DNA of 55,615 nucleotides from Methanobacteriota archaeon (GTDB taxonomy: Archaea; Undinarchaeota; Undinarchaeia; Undinarchaeales; Undinarchaeaceae): the NCBI GenBank assembly GCA_002687935.1, contig NZBN01000010.1, forward strand, positions 1 through 55,615, read 5' to 3'. Numbering within the stretch: the first letter of the stretch is position 1; every line of letters starts with the position of its first letter. The notes beneath the pieces were generated by a model. The model made no database searches and was not told the origin of the DNA. It worked only from the letters and a program-made list of their open reading frames with translations. Shown in pieces: positions 1 to 8,693 of the stretch. The translations under genes were made by a program, and so were the position numbers.

Positions 1-2
1 CA

Positions 3-107
3 GGAAGTAAGAAGCCGGCAAAGGAACCTGAAGCACCCGCTGAAGAAAAAGCAGAAGAAAAACCTGCAGAACCTGAAGCACCCGCTGAAGAGGAAAAATC
101 TGAATAA
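3..107 (+). CDS. 3' end of a gene with an acidic/Pro-rich tail, probably ribosomal protein L7Ae (partial)
   Basis: Open frame [34 protein letters not shown] ends at TAA 105-107, overlapping the rps28e ATG (TAATG). The identity is inferred only from the conserved rpl7ae-rps28e-rpl24e-ndk order. Confidence 0.5.
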   Translation, partial: GSKKPAKEPEAPAEEKAEEKPAEPEAPAEEEKSE

Positions 108-487
108 TGGCGAAGAAGGAGGCCGAGCCTGAAAAGAAGGAACTCACTGAAGAGTCAAAAGACTCAAAGGAAGATTCCAAAGATTCTGAAGCTCCTAAAG
201 AGGTCTCTAAAAAACCTTCAAAAGAAAAATCAAAGAAAACTTCAAAAAAAGAGTCAAAACAGGAAGGCGCACCTCTTGCAGCAGAATCTTCAATTCCTGC
301 ACGAGTTACTGAAATAATGAGACGAACTGGTGCAACTGGAGGAATTATTCAGGTTAGAGCTGAGGTTCTCGACGGAAGAGACAAAGGGCGCGTTGTAAAA
401 AGAAATGTTAAAGGACCTATTCGTGAAGGAGATATACTTCTTCTAAAACGCGGTCTTATGGATGTAGGAGATATAAAGAGAGTTTAA
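107..487 (+). CDS. rps28e: 30S ribosomal protein S28e with ~60-aa charged N-terminal extension
   Basis: Core [48 protein letters not shown]; precedes rpl24e. Confidence 0.95.
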   Translation: MAKKEAEPEKKELTEESKDSKEDSKDSEAPKEVSKKPSKEKSKKTSKKESKQEGAPLAAESSIPARVTEIMRRTGATGGIIQVRAEVLDGRDKGRVVKRNVKGPIREGDILLLKRGLMDVGDIKRV

Positions 488-488
488 A

Positions 489-821
489 ATGGAAAGATGT
501 TCTTTTTGCGGTACCGAGATTGAAAGAGGTACTGGTAAGATTTTCGTCAAGAAAGAGGGTTCACTTCTCTATTTCTGTTCTAACAAGTGCGAGAAGAACC
601 TTCTCAAACTCGGAAGAAATCCTGTTAAATTTGGTTGGACACGAAAATATCAGAAGGCAAAAGGAAGAATAGATGTAGCAGCTGAGGTTCGTGCAAAGTC
701 GGAAGCTCAGCCAAAGAAGGAAAAGGGTAAGCCTCCAAAACCTGAAAATGAAGCTGAACTAGTAAAAACAACAGAGAATAAAGAAGAGAAGAAAGAAGCA
801 GAGGAAAAGAAAAATGACTGA
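489..821 (+). CDS. rpl24e: 50S ribosomal protein L24e with charged C-terminal tail
   Basis: CSFCG..IERGTGKIFVKKEG...FCSNKCEKN...RNPVKFGWT zinc-binding TRASH motif. Confidence 0.95.
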   Translation: MERCSFCGTEIERGTGKIFVKKEGSLLYFCSNKCEKNLLKLGRNPVKFGWTRKYQKAKGRIDVAAEVRAKSEAQPKKEKGKPPKPENEAELVKTTENKEEKKEAEEKKND

Positions 822-1233
822 GAGAACTTTTTGCATGATAAAACCTGATTCTGTAAAAAGAGGACTTGTTGGTGAAATAATCAAGAGAATAGAAGGTGCC
901 GGTTTTACAATAAGGGCTGCGAAACTTTTCAATGTTTCACAGGAACAGGCAGAGACATTATATCAGGAGCATTCAGAAAGAGACTTTTATCAAGGACTTG
1001 TTGATTTCGCTATGGAAGGTCCTGCTCTCCTATTGGTTCTTGAGTCAGAAGGAGCAGTTCAGAAAGTTCGTGATTTAATCGGTGCAACTAATCCTGAGAA
1101 TGCCGAGTCTGGAACAATCCGTGGAGATCTTGGGGAAGAAGAACTTCCTCGAAACTTAGTTCACGCTTCAGATTCTATTAAATCAGCTGAGAGAGAAATT
1201 CCAATATTCTTTAGTGAATCCGAATTAGTATAA
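814..1233 (+). CDS. ndk: nucleoside diphosphate kinase
   Basis: ERTFCMIKPDSVKRGLVGEII, GTIRGD, NLVHASDS (catalytic His). Confidence 0.97.
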   Translation: MTERTFCMIKPDSVKRGLVGEIIKRIEGAGFTIRAAKLFNVSQEQAETLYQEHSERDFYQGLVDFAMEGPALLLVLESEGAVQKVRDLIGATNPENAESGTIRGDLGEEELPRNLVHASDSIKSAEREIPIFFSESELV

Positions 1234-1374
1234 TTATTGCTCGCTTGTTATTGTTTTTACAGCTCTGTTAATGCTCTATAACAGATATGTTAGAGAATGG
1301 TTATACTTTTATTAGAAATAACTAACAATAGAATGATTTATATATGACCTTTCCATAACGCAAAGATAATGAGG

Positions 1375-1401
1375 ATGTAACTTTAACGTTACATTTATAT
1401 A
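1375..1401 (+). promoter_or_regulatory. perfect 7-6-7 inverted repeat abutting a TATA box
   Basis: ATGTAAC-tttaac-GTTACAT (1375-1394) runs into TTTATATA (1394-1401), 24 bp upstream of the ATG at 1425. Confidence 0.5.
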
Positions 1402-1424
1402 CACAGAGGTGCAACAAGTCCTTT

Positions 1425-1637
1425 ATGCAAACAGAGACCCCCGATGGGCTTGTGAATAAAGCAGAGGAGATAGTAAGGGATAGTCCCCGTGGAGTCTCCA
1501 TCCAGGACGTGGCCCAGAAGCTACGCATTTCGAGATACCAGGCAAATGGTATTTTGGGAATCTTAATCGGATCTGGAAAAGTTGGTGTTAGTCAAATAGG
1601 TCCTGTAAAGGTACACTATTGGAAAGGAGGTGATTAG
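1425..1637 (+). CDS. small winged-helix/HTH DNA-binding protein
   Basis: GVSIQDVAQKLRISRYQANGILGIL HTH pattern followed by a beta-wing (VGVSQIGPVKVHYW). Confidence 0.7.
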   Translation: MQTETPDGLVNKAEEIVRDSPRGVSIQDVAQKLRISRYQANGILGILIGSGKVGVSQIGPVKVHYWKGGD

Positions 1638-2321
1638 ATGCCTGTAAACATAGTAGAGCCAGTTATTTCCCCGGTCAAAGGAGGGCTGTATTCAGCAGTC
1701 GCTACAATGACGGGTATGCTAGACAATATTGTAGCTGCCGCAATACTCCTAATTGTTGGTGTTATTGTAGGGAAAGTCATCGGAGCTGCGATTCTTGAGC
1801 TTTTAAAGAGATTCAAGATTGACAGTTACGTTGGAATTAAGAGAGAACATTTGAAGGTCAGCAAGCTGATTTCTGATATCTCTCGATGGCTCATCTACTT
1901 ACTCTTCCTGAGTGAAGCAGCTGCGGTACTCGAGATACAAATAATCGCAAATGCCCTCACTAGCTTAGTAAACTACTTACCAAATGTGCTAACAGCAATT
2001 TTGGTTCTTACAGTAGGTTACGTCGTTGCTAGGTACATTGAAGACGCTATAGAAGACACTCATGTGGCATACTCAGGCCTTATGAGCAGGGTATTCTTCT
2101 TCTTCGTAGTGTACTTATCTGCTGCAATCGCTCTCAACTCTCTTGGAAGCCGAATTATCAACACAGTTCTTGTTGATCAGATACTATTGATCATCGTAGC
2201 AACTTTCGGTGTTGGTTTGTCAATTGCAATGGGTCTTGGATTTAAATCAATGTTCAAGTCTCTTGGTGACGAAATCGGTAGAGACCTCGTCTCTGGCCTA
2301 AAGAGGAAAAGGAAAGCGTAA
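1638..2321 (+). CDS. membrane protein with repeated conserved TM helix (CmpX/MscS-associated TM_helix family)
   Basis: Two repeats of (L)PN(I/V)..A(I)L.L.VG..V(A/G)(K/R); multiple TM segments; ends GLSIAMGLG; no cytoplasmic MscS beta-domain visible. Confidence 0.7.
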   Translation: MPVNIVEPVISPVKGGLYSAVATMTGMLDNIVAAAILLIVGVIVGKVIGAAILELLKRFKIDSYVGIKREHLKVSKLISDISRWLIYLLFLSEAAAVLEIQIIANALTSLVNYLPNVLTAILVLTVGYVVARYIEDAIEDTHVAYSGLMSRVFFFFVVYLSAAIALNSLGSRIINTVLVDQILLIIVATFGVGLSIAMGLGFKSMFKSLGDEIGRDLVSGLKRKRKA

Positions 2322-2340
2322 ACAGATATACCCATAAAAT

Positions 2341-2425
2341 TGCCTGCGGTGCGGTGGCAACATATTTTTTATAATATGCCATCTCCCACCTCCCACAGCC
2401 GCATTGCAGGCACTTCTTTTTTTTT
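2341..2425 (+). terminator. long stem-loop plus T9 tract between convergent genes
   Basis: 2341-2355 pairs with 2398-2412 (15 bp including 3 G-U pairs); T-tract at 2417-2425. Confidence 0.5.
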
Positions 2426-2428
2426 AAA

Positions 2429-2836
2429 TTATTTTGAAAGAACTATTTCTGTTTCTCTGCCAAATATAGAAGGAAGGCTTATAATAAAAGAACCCTCCCT
2501 TTGTCTGACAACAATGGGCTTTCCTTTCATAAGAGCTTCAATATTTATCTCGTAAACACCTGACTTTTTAACATTTATAGTCTCTATTCCAAACTTACTT
2601 TCACTTTTTTCTACTTTCTGCTCAGAAACTTCATCAGCTTTTTTTTCAAGAGGTGCTTCTGGAAGCTCTTTAATTTCCTCTATTTTTTCAGAAAGTTCTT
2701 CATAAATTTCCTCTGCTCTGTCCTCGTCTTCCTCACTTCTCACAAGTAAGAACATTCTTCCGCCGCAGGAGCATCCGCTGACAACAGGAACTTTATCTTC
2801 CTCAAATCTCTCCCCACATTTCAGGCACTTGTGCAT
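2429..2836 (-). CDS. oapC: Zn-ribbon protein, OapC/DUF2072 family
   Basis: MHKCLKCG...GCSCGGRMF N-terminus; IETINVKKSGVYEINIEAL...EGSFIISL C-terminus; third gene of an oapABC-like operon. Confidence 0.8.
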   Translation of the reverse strand: MHKCLKCGERFEEDKVPVVSGCSCGGRMFLLVRSEEDEDRAEEIYEELSEKIEEIKELPEAPLEKKADEVSEQKVEKSESKFGIETINVKKSGVYEINIEALMKGKPIVVRQREGSFIISLPSIFGRETEIVLSK

Positions 2837-2838
2837 TA

Positions 2839-3261
2839 TTATAACTCAGCTGACACATGGAATGCACCAAGGTCACGCTTTATATCACTTATTATTGTGG
2901 AAGGTCCTACTAATGTAACACCTGGGCTGGATATTTCTATACCGAAAAGTTTTGCGGTTCTCGCAAAAAATACACGTGCCTTTCCACCTTTTCTAGGGAG
3001 GCTACAGAATTCTATTCCACTGAATTCCTCGTTTATTCCTTCCATCGTTTCTGTAACTAAATGTGCCTCTTCATCGGGACTTAGGGCTTCATCTAAAATT
3101 ACAACGTGTCCAAGCTTTACCTTTTCTAATATGACATCTATCTTCTCATCTATTGTGTCGCCCTTCAATTTTGACATTGAAATGAAATCTATTTTCAGGC
3201 TCTTCTTTGAACTTTTTTTTGTTCTTCGTGTCTTGCTGGATTTTTTCCGTGCTTTTGCCAT
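2839..3261 (-). CDS. oapB: OapB/DUF2073 family protein with basic N-terminal tail
   Basis: KIDVILEKVKLGHVVILDEALSPDEEAHLVTETM...FSGIE...GVTLVGPS; lies between the GTPase and the Zn-ribbon gene. Confidence 0.8.
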   Translation of the reverse strand: MAKARKKSSKTRRTKKSSKKSLKIDFISMSKLKGDTIDEKIDVILEKVKLGHVVILDEALSPDEEAHLVTETMEGINEEFSGIEFCSLPRKGGKARVFFARTAKLFGIEISSPGVTLVGPSTIISDIKRDLGAFHVSAEL

Positions 3262-3263
3262 AA

Positions 3264-4094
3264 TTAAACGTTCTCCGCTATTGTTTTATAAAGATTTTCA
3301 AGATTTCTTACCTCTTTTGCCGATATTGGAACAACCGGATGCTGCGGGAATGCACTCATTATATTATTTGGCTTAGAGCTTTTAGCATCTATTTTGTTTG
3401 CAGCTATAACTATTGGTATTTTCTTTGCTTCCAGATTTCCAAGAAGCATAATATTTACCTGAGTCATCGGATCCTTTGTAGAATCCATCATAACTATCAC
3501 TGAGTCAACATTGTCCAGCCATTTAATAGCTTCAACAATTCCCTTTGTTGCTTCTTCAGCTATTCTCTTCGCACTTACTTTTGTTATCTTCTTGCCCTTC
3601 TTTGAAGATACCTTTATCTTCAATTCTTTAATATGCGTCTGAAGTTTTTTCTTGCTTACTTTCGCCTCAAGTCTTTTTACAATTGTGGCCTTTTTCCCTG
3701 TTTTGGACAAATCTTCTTCTTCAGCTATTCTCTTCAAATCTGAAACTTTCAAATCCTTGAAATCAATATCTCCTCCTGTTGAGCTTTGCTTAAATTTTGT
3801 AAAATCTTTAAAATCGACCTGTGTTGAAAGCCCCGGCATATCAAGGAGGTTCATAACCAGGGTTTTGCTCCCTGCCTTCACTTCAATATGTTCAACCTTT
3901 TGAATCGTTCTTGTTTCGTGAGGCATTTCTGATACAGTTCCCACTTCTTTTCCTAACCAATCCATAGAAATCTTATTTGCAAGAGTAGTCTTTCCTGTAT
4001 TAGGCTCTCCATATATTCCAAGACGTATTACTCGTTTTCTTCCAAAAAGTCTTGAAAATGCGCCTCTTAGTTTCTTTATGAGTTTTCTTACCAT
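3264..4094 (-). CDS. oapA: Era-like GTP-binding protein OapA with internal SAP-like insertion
   Basis: G1 GEPNTGKTT, G2 PHETR, G3 DMPG, EATKGIVEAIKWL, DPMTQVN, G4 NKID. The ATG at 4094 is preferred over the TTG at 4112. Confidence 0.85.
   Translation of the reverse strand: MVRKLIKKLRGAFSRLFGRKRVIRLGIYGEPNTGKTTLANKISMDWLGKEVGTVSEMPHETRTIQKVEHIEVKAGSKTLVMNLLDMPGLSTQVDFKDFTKFKQSSTGGDIDFKDLKVSDLKRIAEEEDLSKTGKKATIVKRLEAKVSKKKLQTHIKELKIKVSSKKGKKITKVSAKRIAEEATKGIVEAIKWLDNVDSVIVMMDSTKDPMTQVNIMLLGNLEAKKIPIVIAANKIDAKSSKPNNIMSAFPQHPVVPISAKEVRNLENLYKTIAENV
3551..3735. repeat. perfect 20-bp direct repeat inside oapA, 165 bp apart (in frame)
   Basis: CTTCTTCAGCTATTCTCTTC at 3551-3570 and 3716-3735; both copies encode KRIAEE. 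Confidence 0.9.
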
Positions 4095-4143
4095 ACAACT
4101 CCCACATCCCAATATAACTGATGTTTATATTTAAACTATTTGT

Positions 4144-5544
4144 TTAGTAGACAATTTTTGGTCCGTATCCCCATAGTTTTACAGCCACGGCAAGCTCTGA
4201 TTCTGGGTTTAACTTTATCCATTCTCTAATTGGGATTCCTTCCATCGCTATTTTCCGGGATTGCTCAATTGCCTTTACTCCCGCTTCCACTCCATCAGGG
4301 TGTCCAAGGAGTCCCCCTCCACATTGTATCATTATATCCTCTCCCAGTGCGTTAATTACTGCTTCAAAGTCTCCGGGATGGAGACCTCCTGATGCAACCA
4401 TCCAAACTGGCTTGATGTGATGCCACTTCTGTCCCAGTGAAGGAATTTTGTCGTGTTCTTCAGTTTCATCGTCCTGAAGAATATGTCTGATATATTCGGC
4501 TTCTCCGTAATCCTCCATTTTTGCAAGCGGAGAGCCACCATGTAGAGAGTCGACTCCAAGAAGTCTGAACAACTTGGCAAGAACTATCATTGATATGGAA
4601 AATCCAAACAATCTTCCTTTTCCGTGAACTCCGGGTGAATTATCCCTTGTTATAAATCCGTGCATTGCCCTGTGAGCGTGTATCGCAAGTCCGGTATCTC
4701 TTCTCCGCATTGTGTCAACAGCCGCGAATCCAGTCGTTACCACGTCCATCATCATATAAATTCCACCGTTCTTCTTTATGGTTTCAGCCCGTTTCTCCAT
4801 TATGTCCAGGTTTGAATGAGTTATATTTGCAAGATAGAATTTCTTCTTTCCTGTTCTGAGTTCTGCATCTTTAAGTTTTGATAGAACCTTCCTAGTCCTG
4901 TCTTCGAATTTATTGAATTCAAGGCTTGTAAGGTTCTCATCATCCTTTATTCCTTCATATGTTCCCTTTCCTGATGTGAAAAGCTCCCAGGCAAGGTGAG
5001 CCTGTTCTCCGGAAGTTCTCCCTATCTTTGGTTTCGGAACAGTCGCTACAATCGGACCCTTGGGTTTCTTTAAAAGTTTTCTAATTCCCTGAACTCCATG
5101 CGTTGGTCCCAGAAATTCTGCTATCATTTTTCTTGGAAATCTCACATCATAAAAACGCATTGCTGAAACCATCTTCATTCCTGCTATGTTTCCTACAATT
5201 CCCGCAAGAAGTCCTGATATATTGTCTAATTCAAAAAGCTCAAGGGGGTATGCAACCTTAAACATGGACTTTTTGTAGTCCAGGTCATAGGCAAGCGCGC
5301 GTTTTTTTCTTGCGAGCGGAACTCCGGACTGTGGACCATCATAAACCTTTGTCCAGGTTCCTGTTGATGATTCAGCAGCAATAGATGCAGCTGCTTCTTC
5401 AAAAACAATTTTTTTCGTGCGGTTTCCAACCTCTTTAATTGCTTTTTCTGAAAGTTCAACCTTAAGAAGAGTTATGAGATAGTTTTCCTCGGCATTTTTT
5501 GGCTTCCAACCTTTTGGAGCCAGATAGTTGAATTGTACTGCCAT
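4144..5544 (-). CDS. rbcL: RuBisCO large subunit, archaeal form III-type
   Basis: AAESSTGTW, VPKPKIG, GIKDDENL (carbamylated Lys motif), HAHRAMHG, AKME, VASGGLHPG, QCGGG; catalytic set appears intact. Confidence 0.95.
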   Translation of the reverse strand: MAVQFNYLAPKGWKPKNAEENYLITLLKVELSEKAIKEVGNRTKKIVFEEAAASIAAESSTGTWTKVYDGPQSGVPLARKKRALAYDLDYKKSMFKVAYPLELFELDNISGLLAGIVGNIAGMKMVSAMRFYDVRFPRKMIAEFLGPTHGVQGIRKLLKKPKGPIVATVPKPKIGRTSGEQAHLAWELFTSGKGTYEGIKDDENLTSLEFNKFEDRTRKVLSKLKDAELRTGKKKFYLANITHSNLDIMEKRAETIKKNGGIYMMMDVVTTGFAAVDTMRRRDTGLAIHAHRAMHGFITRDNSPGVHGKGRLFGFSISMIVLAKLFRLLGVDSLHGGSPLAKMEDYGEAEYIRHILQDDETEEHDKIPSLGQKWHHIKPVWMVASGGLHPGDFEAVINALGEDIMIQCGGGLLGHPDGVEAGVKAIEQSRKIAMEGIPIREWIKLNPESELAVAVKLWGYGPKIVY

Positions 5545-5574
5545 GAGTTTCCTAAATCCTGTGTATTTATATTC

Positions 5575-7062
5575 TTATTTGTAAAAGCTTCCCCATTGCT
5601 TTCTGTTTATAGTTGCCATAAGAAGAACAAGAACTGGAAGTATTTCCAACCTTCCAAGGAGCATTTCTATTATCAGAACTATTTTTCCAAGCAGAGGCAT
5701 TGTAAATTGAGTGATTCCTGTGGACATTCCAACTGTTGCAGAGGCTGAAGTTATTTCAAATAAAGATTCTATGAATGGATAACCTATAATCGTCAATATT
5801 ATTGCCCCGAGGAATGTGATAAAAAGGTAAATGAACAGATAAACACTGACCTGACTTATCTCATCTTTCCCAAATACATGCGTTCCAACTTTCAAGGGGA
5901 AAACTGCCGTTTTTGGCAGGAGGAAGCGTCTGACCGTCCATGGTATTGCTTTGAGAAGTATGAGGAATCGTATTATTTTCAGTCCTCCTGCCGTAGAACC
6001 CGCTGAGCCTCCTATGAACATTACAAAAGTTAGAAGAAGAAGTCCAACATCTCCCATTCCAGCAATATCCATATTTACGAATCCTGTCGTCGTCGATGCA
6101 GATACTGTCTGGAATATTCCCTTCCACAGTGGATTCTCTGTTCCAACAAGCCAGAAATGTGTTGACAAAGCTCCTGCAAAAATTGCCATAAATAGGAACC
6201 AAACTTTCATTTCATAATTCTTTGCGAATCTTCCAAGGTCTTTCCATTTTAATCCAAGTAATTTGTAATGGAATAGAAATGAAGTCGCTCCCACAATCAT
6301 AAATATTCCTATTGCAGTATCCAGCCAAACACTTCCATAAGTTCCTGTGCTGGCCACCTGCGTCGAGAATCCTCCTGTCGAAACGCTTGTCAATATATGG
6401 TTAATAGAATCCATCAGAGGCATTCCTGCCATTCTATAAATCACAAGTCCGATTATTGTGTAAAAAACATAGACCTTTGCAATGCCTCTTACACTCTTTG
6501 CTGTACTTGGCTCAAGCCTTTCTTCATTTGCCTCTCCTTTGAAAAGGTAATAGGCGCTCATTCCCGGAACTGAAGAGCCCATAGTTTTCGAAACGAAGAA
6601 GATGAGGAAGAGAACTACAATTCCGACGCCTCCTATCCATTGAGTTAGTGATCTCCAAAACAAGAGTGATTCAGGTACTACTGTTATATCTGGGAGGATT
6701 GTCAATCCTGTTGTTGTGAATCCGGACATAGATTCAAAATAAGCGCTGACATAGGCATTTACTCCTACCTCCCCATATATTGTCTGTGATTGCATGATGT
6801 AGGGAACTGCTCCTACAAGAGCTATGGCTACAAAGGCAATCGCTGACAGTGTCATCGCACGTCCCATTGTTACTTCTCCTGCCTCATAATGAGTCATCAT
6901 AAAAATTCCGGAGATTATGGAAACGGTTGCCGGTATGATAAAGGTGAATGCAAGTTCCTGGAAAAAATAAGCCGCGATTGCAGGGAAAAGCATTACAAAT
7001 CCAGTTATTGTGAGTGCAAGTCCTAGGTAATGCAGTACTGTCTCTTTGAATTGGCGTTTCAT
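5575..7062 (-). CDS. trkH: Trk potassium uptake membrane protein
   Basis: FESMSGFTTTG, WRSLTQWIGGVG, SVSTGGF, GGSAGSTAGGLK, SATVGMSTG pore loops. Confidence 0.95.
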   Translation of the reverse strand: MKRQFKETVLHYLGLALTITGFVMLFPAIAAYFFQELAFTFIIPATVSIISGIFMMTHYEAGEVTMGRAMTLSAIAFVAIALVGAVPYIMQSQTIYGEVGVNAYVSAYFESMSGFTTTGLTILPDITVVPESLLFWRSLTQWIGGVGIVVLFLIFFVSKTMGSSVPGMSAYYLFKGEANEERLEPSTAKSVRGIAKVYVFYTIIGLVIYRMAGMPLMDSINHILTSVSTGGFSTQVASTGTYGSVWLDTAIGIFMIVGATSFLFHYKLLGLKWKDLGRFAKNYEMKVWFLFMAIFAGALSTHFWLVGTENPLWKGIFQTVSASTTTGFVNMDIAGMGDVGLLLLTFVMFIGGSAGSTAGGLKIIRFLILLKAIPWTVRRFLLPKTAVFPLKVGTHVFGKDEISQVSVYLFIYLFITFLGAIILTIIGYPFIESLFEITSASATVGMSTGITQFTMPLLGKIVLIIEMLLGRLEILPVLVLLMATINRKQWGSFYK

Positions 7063-7065
7063 AAG

Positions 7066-7725
7066 CTACTTCTTCTCAAAGTGCTCAACTACTTTCTTGG
7101 CAGAGGAGCTCTTTGCAATTACTCCAAGAATATCTCCTTTCTTTATTGTGCGACTGTCGTCTGCAATAATTACTTCTCCCTTTCTTTCTATACTCAAAAT
7201 TTTTGCGTCGTTCCTGTCAATCCCTGCTTCAGAAACATTCTTTCCTACAATCTTACTTTTGACTCCTACGTAGATTTCCATGACTTCAATAGCCCCTGAT
7301 GCCAGTGTTGCAACAGTTTTTGAGCCCTTGCCCCTGAGAACATTATTGAAATCTGTAACTATTGAACTCGTCGATGATATGGCTGACTCAACACCAGCCT
7401 GAATAAACAGAGCTTCATTTTCAGGTTCGTTTATTCTTGCAAGGACTCTCTTGACTTTTGCCTGATTTGCAATTTCACATATCATAAGATTGGTTTTGTC
7501 ATCTCCGGTCATTGCAACAACTGCATCTGCTTTTTCTATTCCAGCATCCTTCAAAACATCAATATTTGTACTGTCCCCACTTATGATTAGCGCGTCAAGT
7601 TCCTCTGCAAGTCTCTCTGCTCGTTCTTTGTCAGATTCTATAAGAACTACATCTTCTTTCTCAGTAACAAGAGATTTTGCCAGAGCTTCTCCACTGTTTC
7701 CGCCACCTGCTATAATAACGTACAT
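7066..7725 (-). CDS. trkA: TrkA family potassium uptake NAD-binding protein
   Basis: VIIAGGGNSG, GDSTNIDVLKDAGIEKAD, C-terminal RCK-C domain. Confidence 0.93.
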   Translation of the reverse strand: MYVIIAGGGNSGEALAKSLVTEKEDVVLIESDKERAERLAEELDALIISGDSTNIDVLKDAGIEKADAVVAMTGDDKTNLMICEIANQAKVKRVLARINEPENEALFIQAGVESAISSTSSIVTDFNNVLRGKGSKTVATLASGAIEVMEIYVGVKSKIVGKNVSEAGIDRNDAKILSIERKGEVIIADDSRTIKKGDILGVIAKSSSAKKVVEHFEKK

Positions 7726-7757
7726 AAATGCGTATAATGAGCCTGCCTATTAAAAGT

Positions 7758-7976
7758 TTACTTAGTCTTCTCCTTTGGTGGACTATTTATTATTTTAGCA
7801 GCCTTAGTTGGCTTATCTATCTTTCCTGGGCCATCGCCAACCGTTGTATTGTCAACTTGAATCTTCTTCCCTGCCTTGACTCCCTTGCTGAATCCCTGCT
7901 TTCGACCTTTTTTTATGGCTCGTAGAAGAAAAAATATTGCGATAAGTGCAATAATTGCAATTATTATCGGATTCAT
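7758..7976 (-). CDS. small N-terminally membrane-anchored basic protein
   Basis: One hydrophobic helix, then a Lys-rich tail; fills the gap upstream of trkA on the same strand. Confidence 0.6.
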   Translation of the reverse strand: MNPIIIAIIALIAIFFLLRAIKKGRKQGFSKGVKAGKKIQVDNTTVGDGPGKIDKPTKAAKIINSPPKEKTK

Positions 7977-8065
7977 TACTTTCCATACTTATTCTGTCCT
8001 TAAATAAGTAGTGGTCAAAACTTACAGAAAGCTATATATAACGGATTTCCTATGAAATAAGAGCA

Positions 8066-8356
8066 ATGAAACATTCTAAGGGATTTAAATCTAGAAGCAG
8101 GCACAAGCTTCGAGGAGGAAGGTTTTCAATAGCAGAGGCTCTGAAAACTCTTTCAGACGGTGCACGAGTTATAGTAAAAATCAATCCCGCAGTTCATTCA
8201 GGCATGCCACATCCAAAATACCACGGACAACAGGGAATTGTCGAAGGAAAAAGAGGACGTGCATATTTAGTTTCAATAAACGATGGAAATAAGGGAAAGA
8301 CGCTTTTGACACGTCCTGAGCATCTTATAAAGGTAAAAGACCAGGTGGAAAAATGA
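8066..8356 (+). CDS. rpl21e: 50S ribosomal protein L21e
   Basis: SKGFKSRSRHKL, INPAVHSGMPHPKYHGQQG, RPEHL. Confidence 0.95.
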   Translation: MKHSKGFKSRSRHKLRGGRFSIAEALKTLSDGARVIVKINPAVHSGMPHPKYHGQQGIVEGKRGRAYLVSINDGNKGKTLLTRPEHLIKVKDQVEK

Positions 8357-8691
8357 TAGGGAAAAGAGTTTTGTCACAGGAAGCAGTAAGTCTTGCAGAA
8401 GTCAAGGAAATTACCGAGGCTCGCCAGAAAGAGGGAGAACTTACTTACGAGCAGACCCTCACTCTGGATTACTGCAAGAAATTCGCAAGGATTGACAAGA
8501 AAAAGGCAGAAGAGCTCATAGCTGAGGTCGAAGGACTTGACAAACTTTCAAGAAAGCACGCAATATCACTTGCAGACCTTTTACCTTCAAATGCAGATGA
8601 AATCAAGCTTCTATTTTCAAAGGAACATTTTGTCCTCTCTGATGAGGAAATTTCCAAAATACTTGACATTGTCGGGAAGTATAGGGGTTAA
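8353..8691 (+). CDS. rpoF: RNA polymerase subunit Rpo4 (RpoF)
   Basis: MIGKRVL..E.VSLAEVKEI, ELTYEQ...LDY, DLLPSNADEIK; conserved rpl21e-rpoF-DUF655-rsmA order. Confidence 0.92.
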   Translation: MIGKRVLSQEAVSLAEVKEITEARQKEGELTYEQTLTLDYCKKFARIDKKKAEELIAEVEGLDKLSRKHAISLADLLPSNADEIKLLFSKEHFVLSDEEISKILDIVGKYRG

Positions 8692-8693
8692 CC

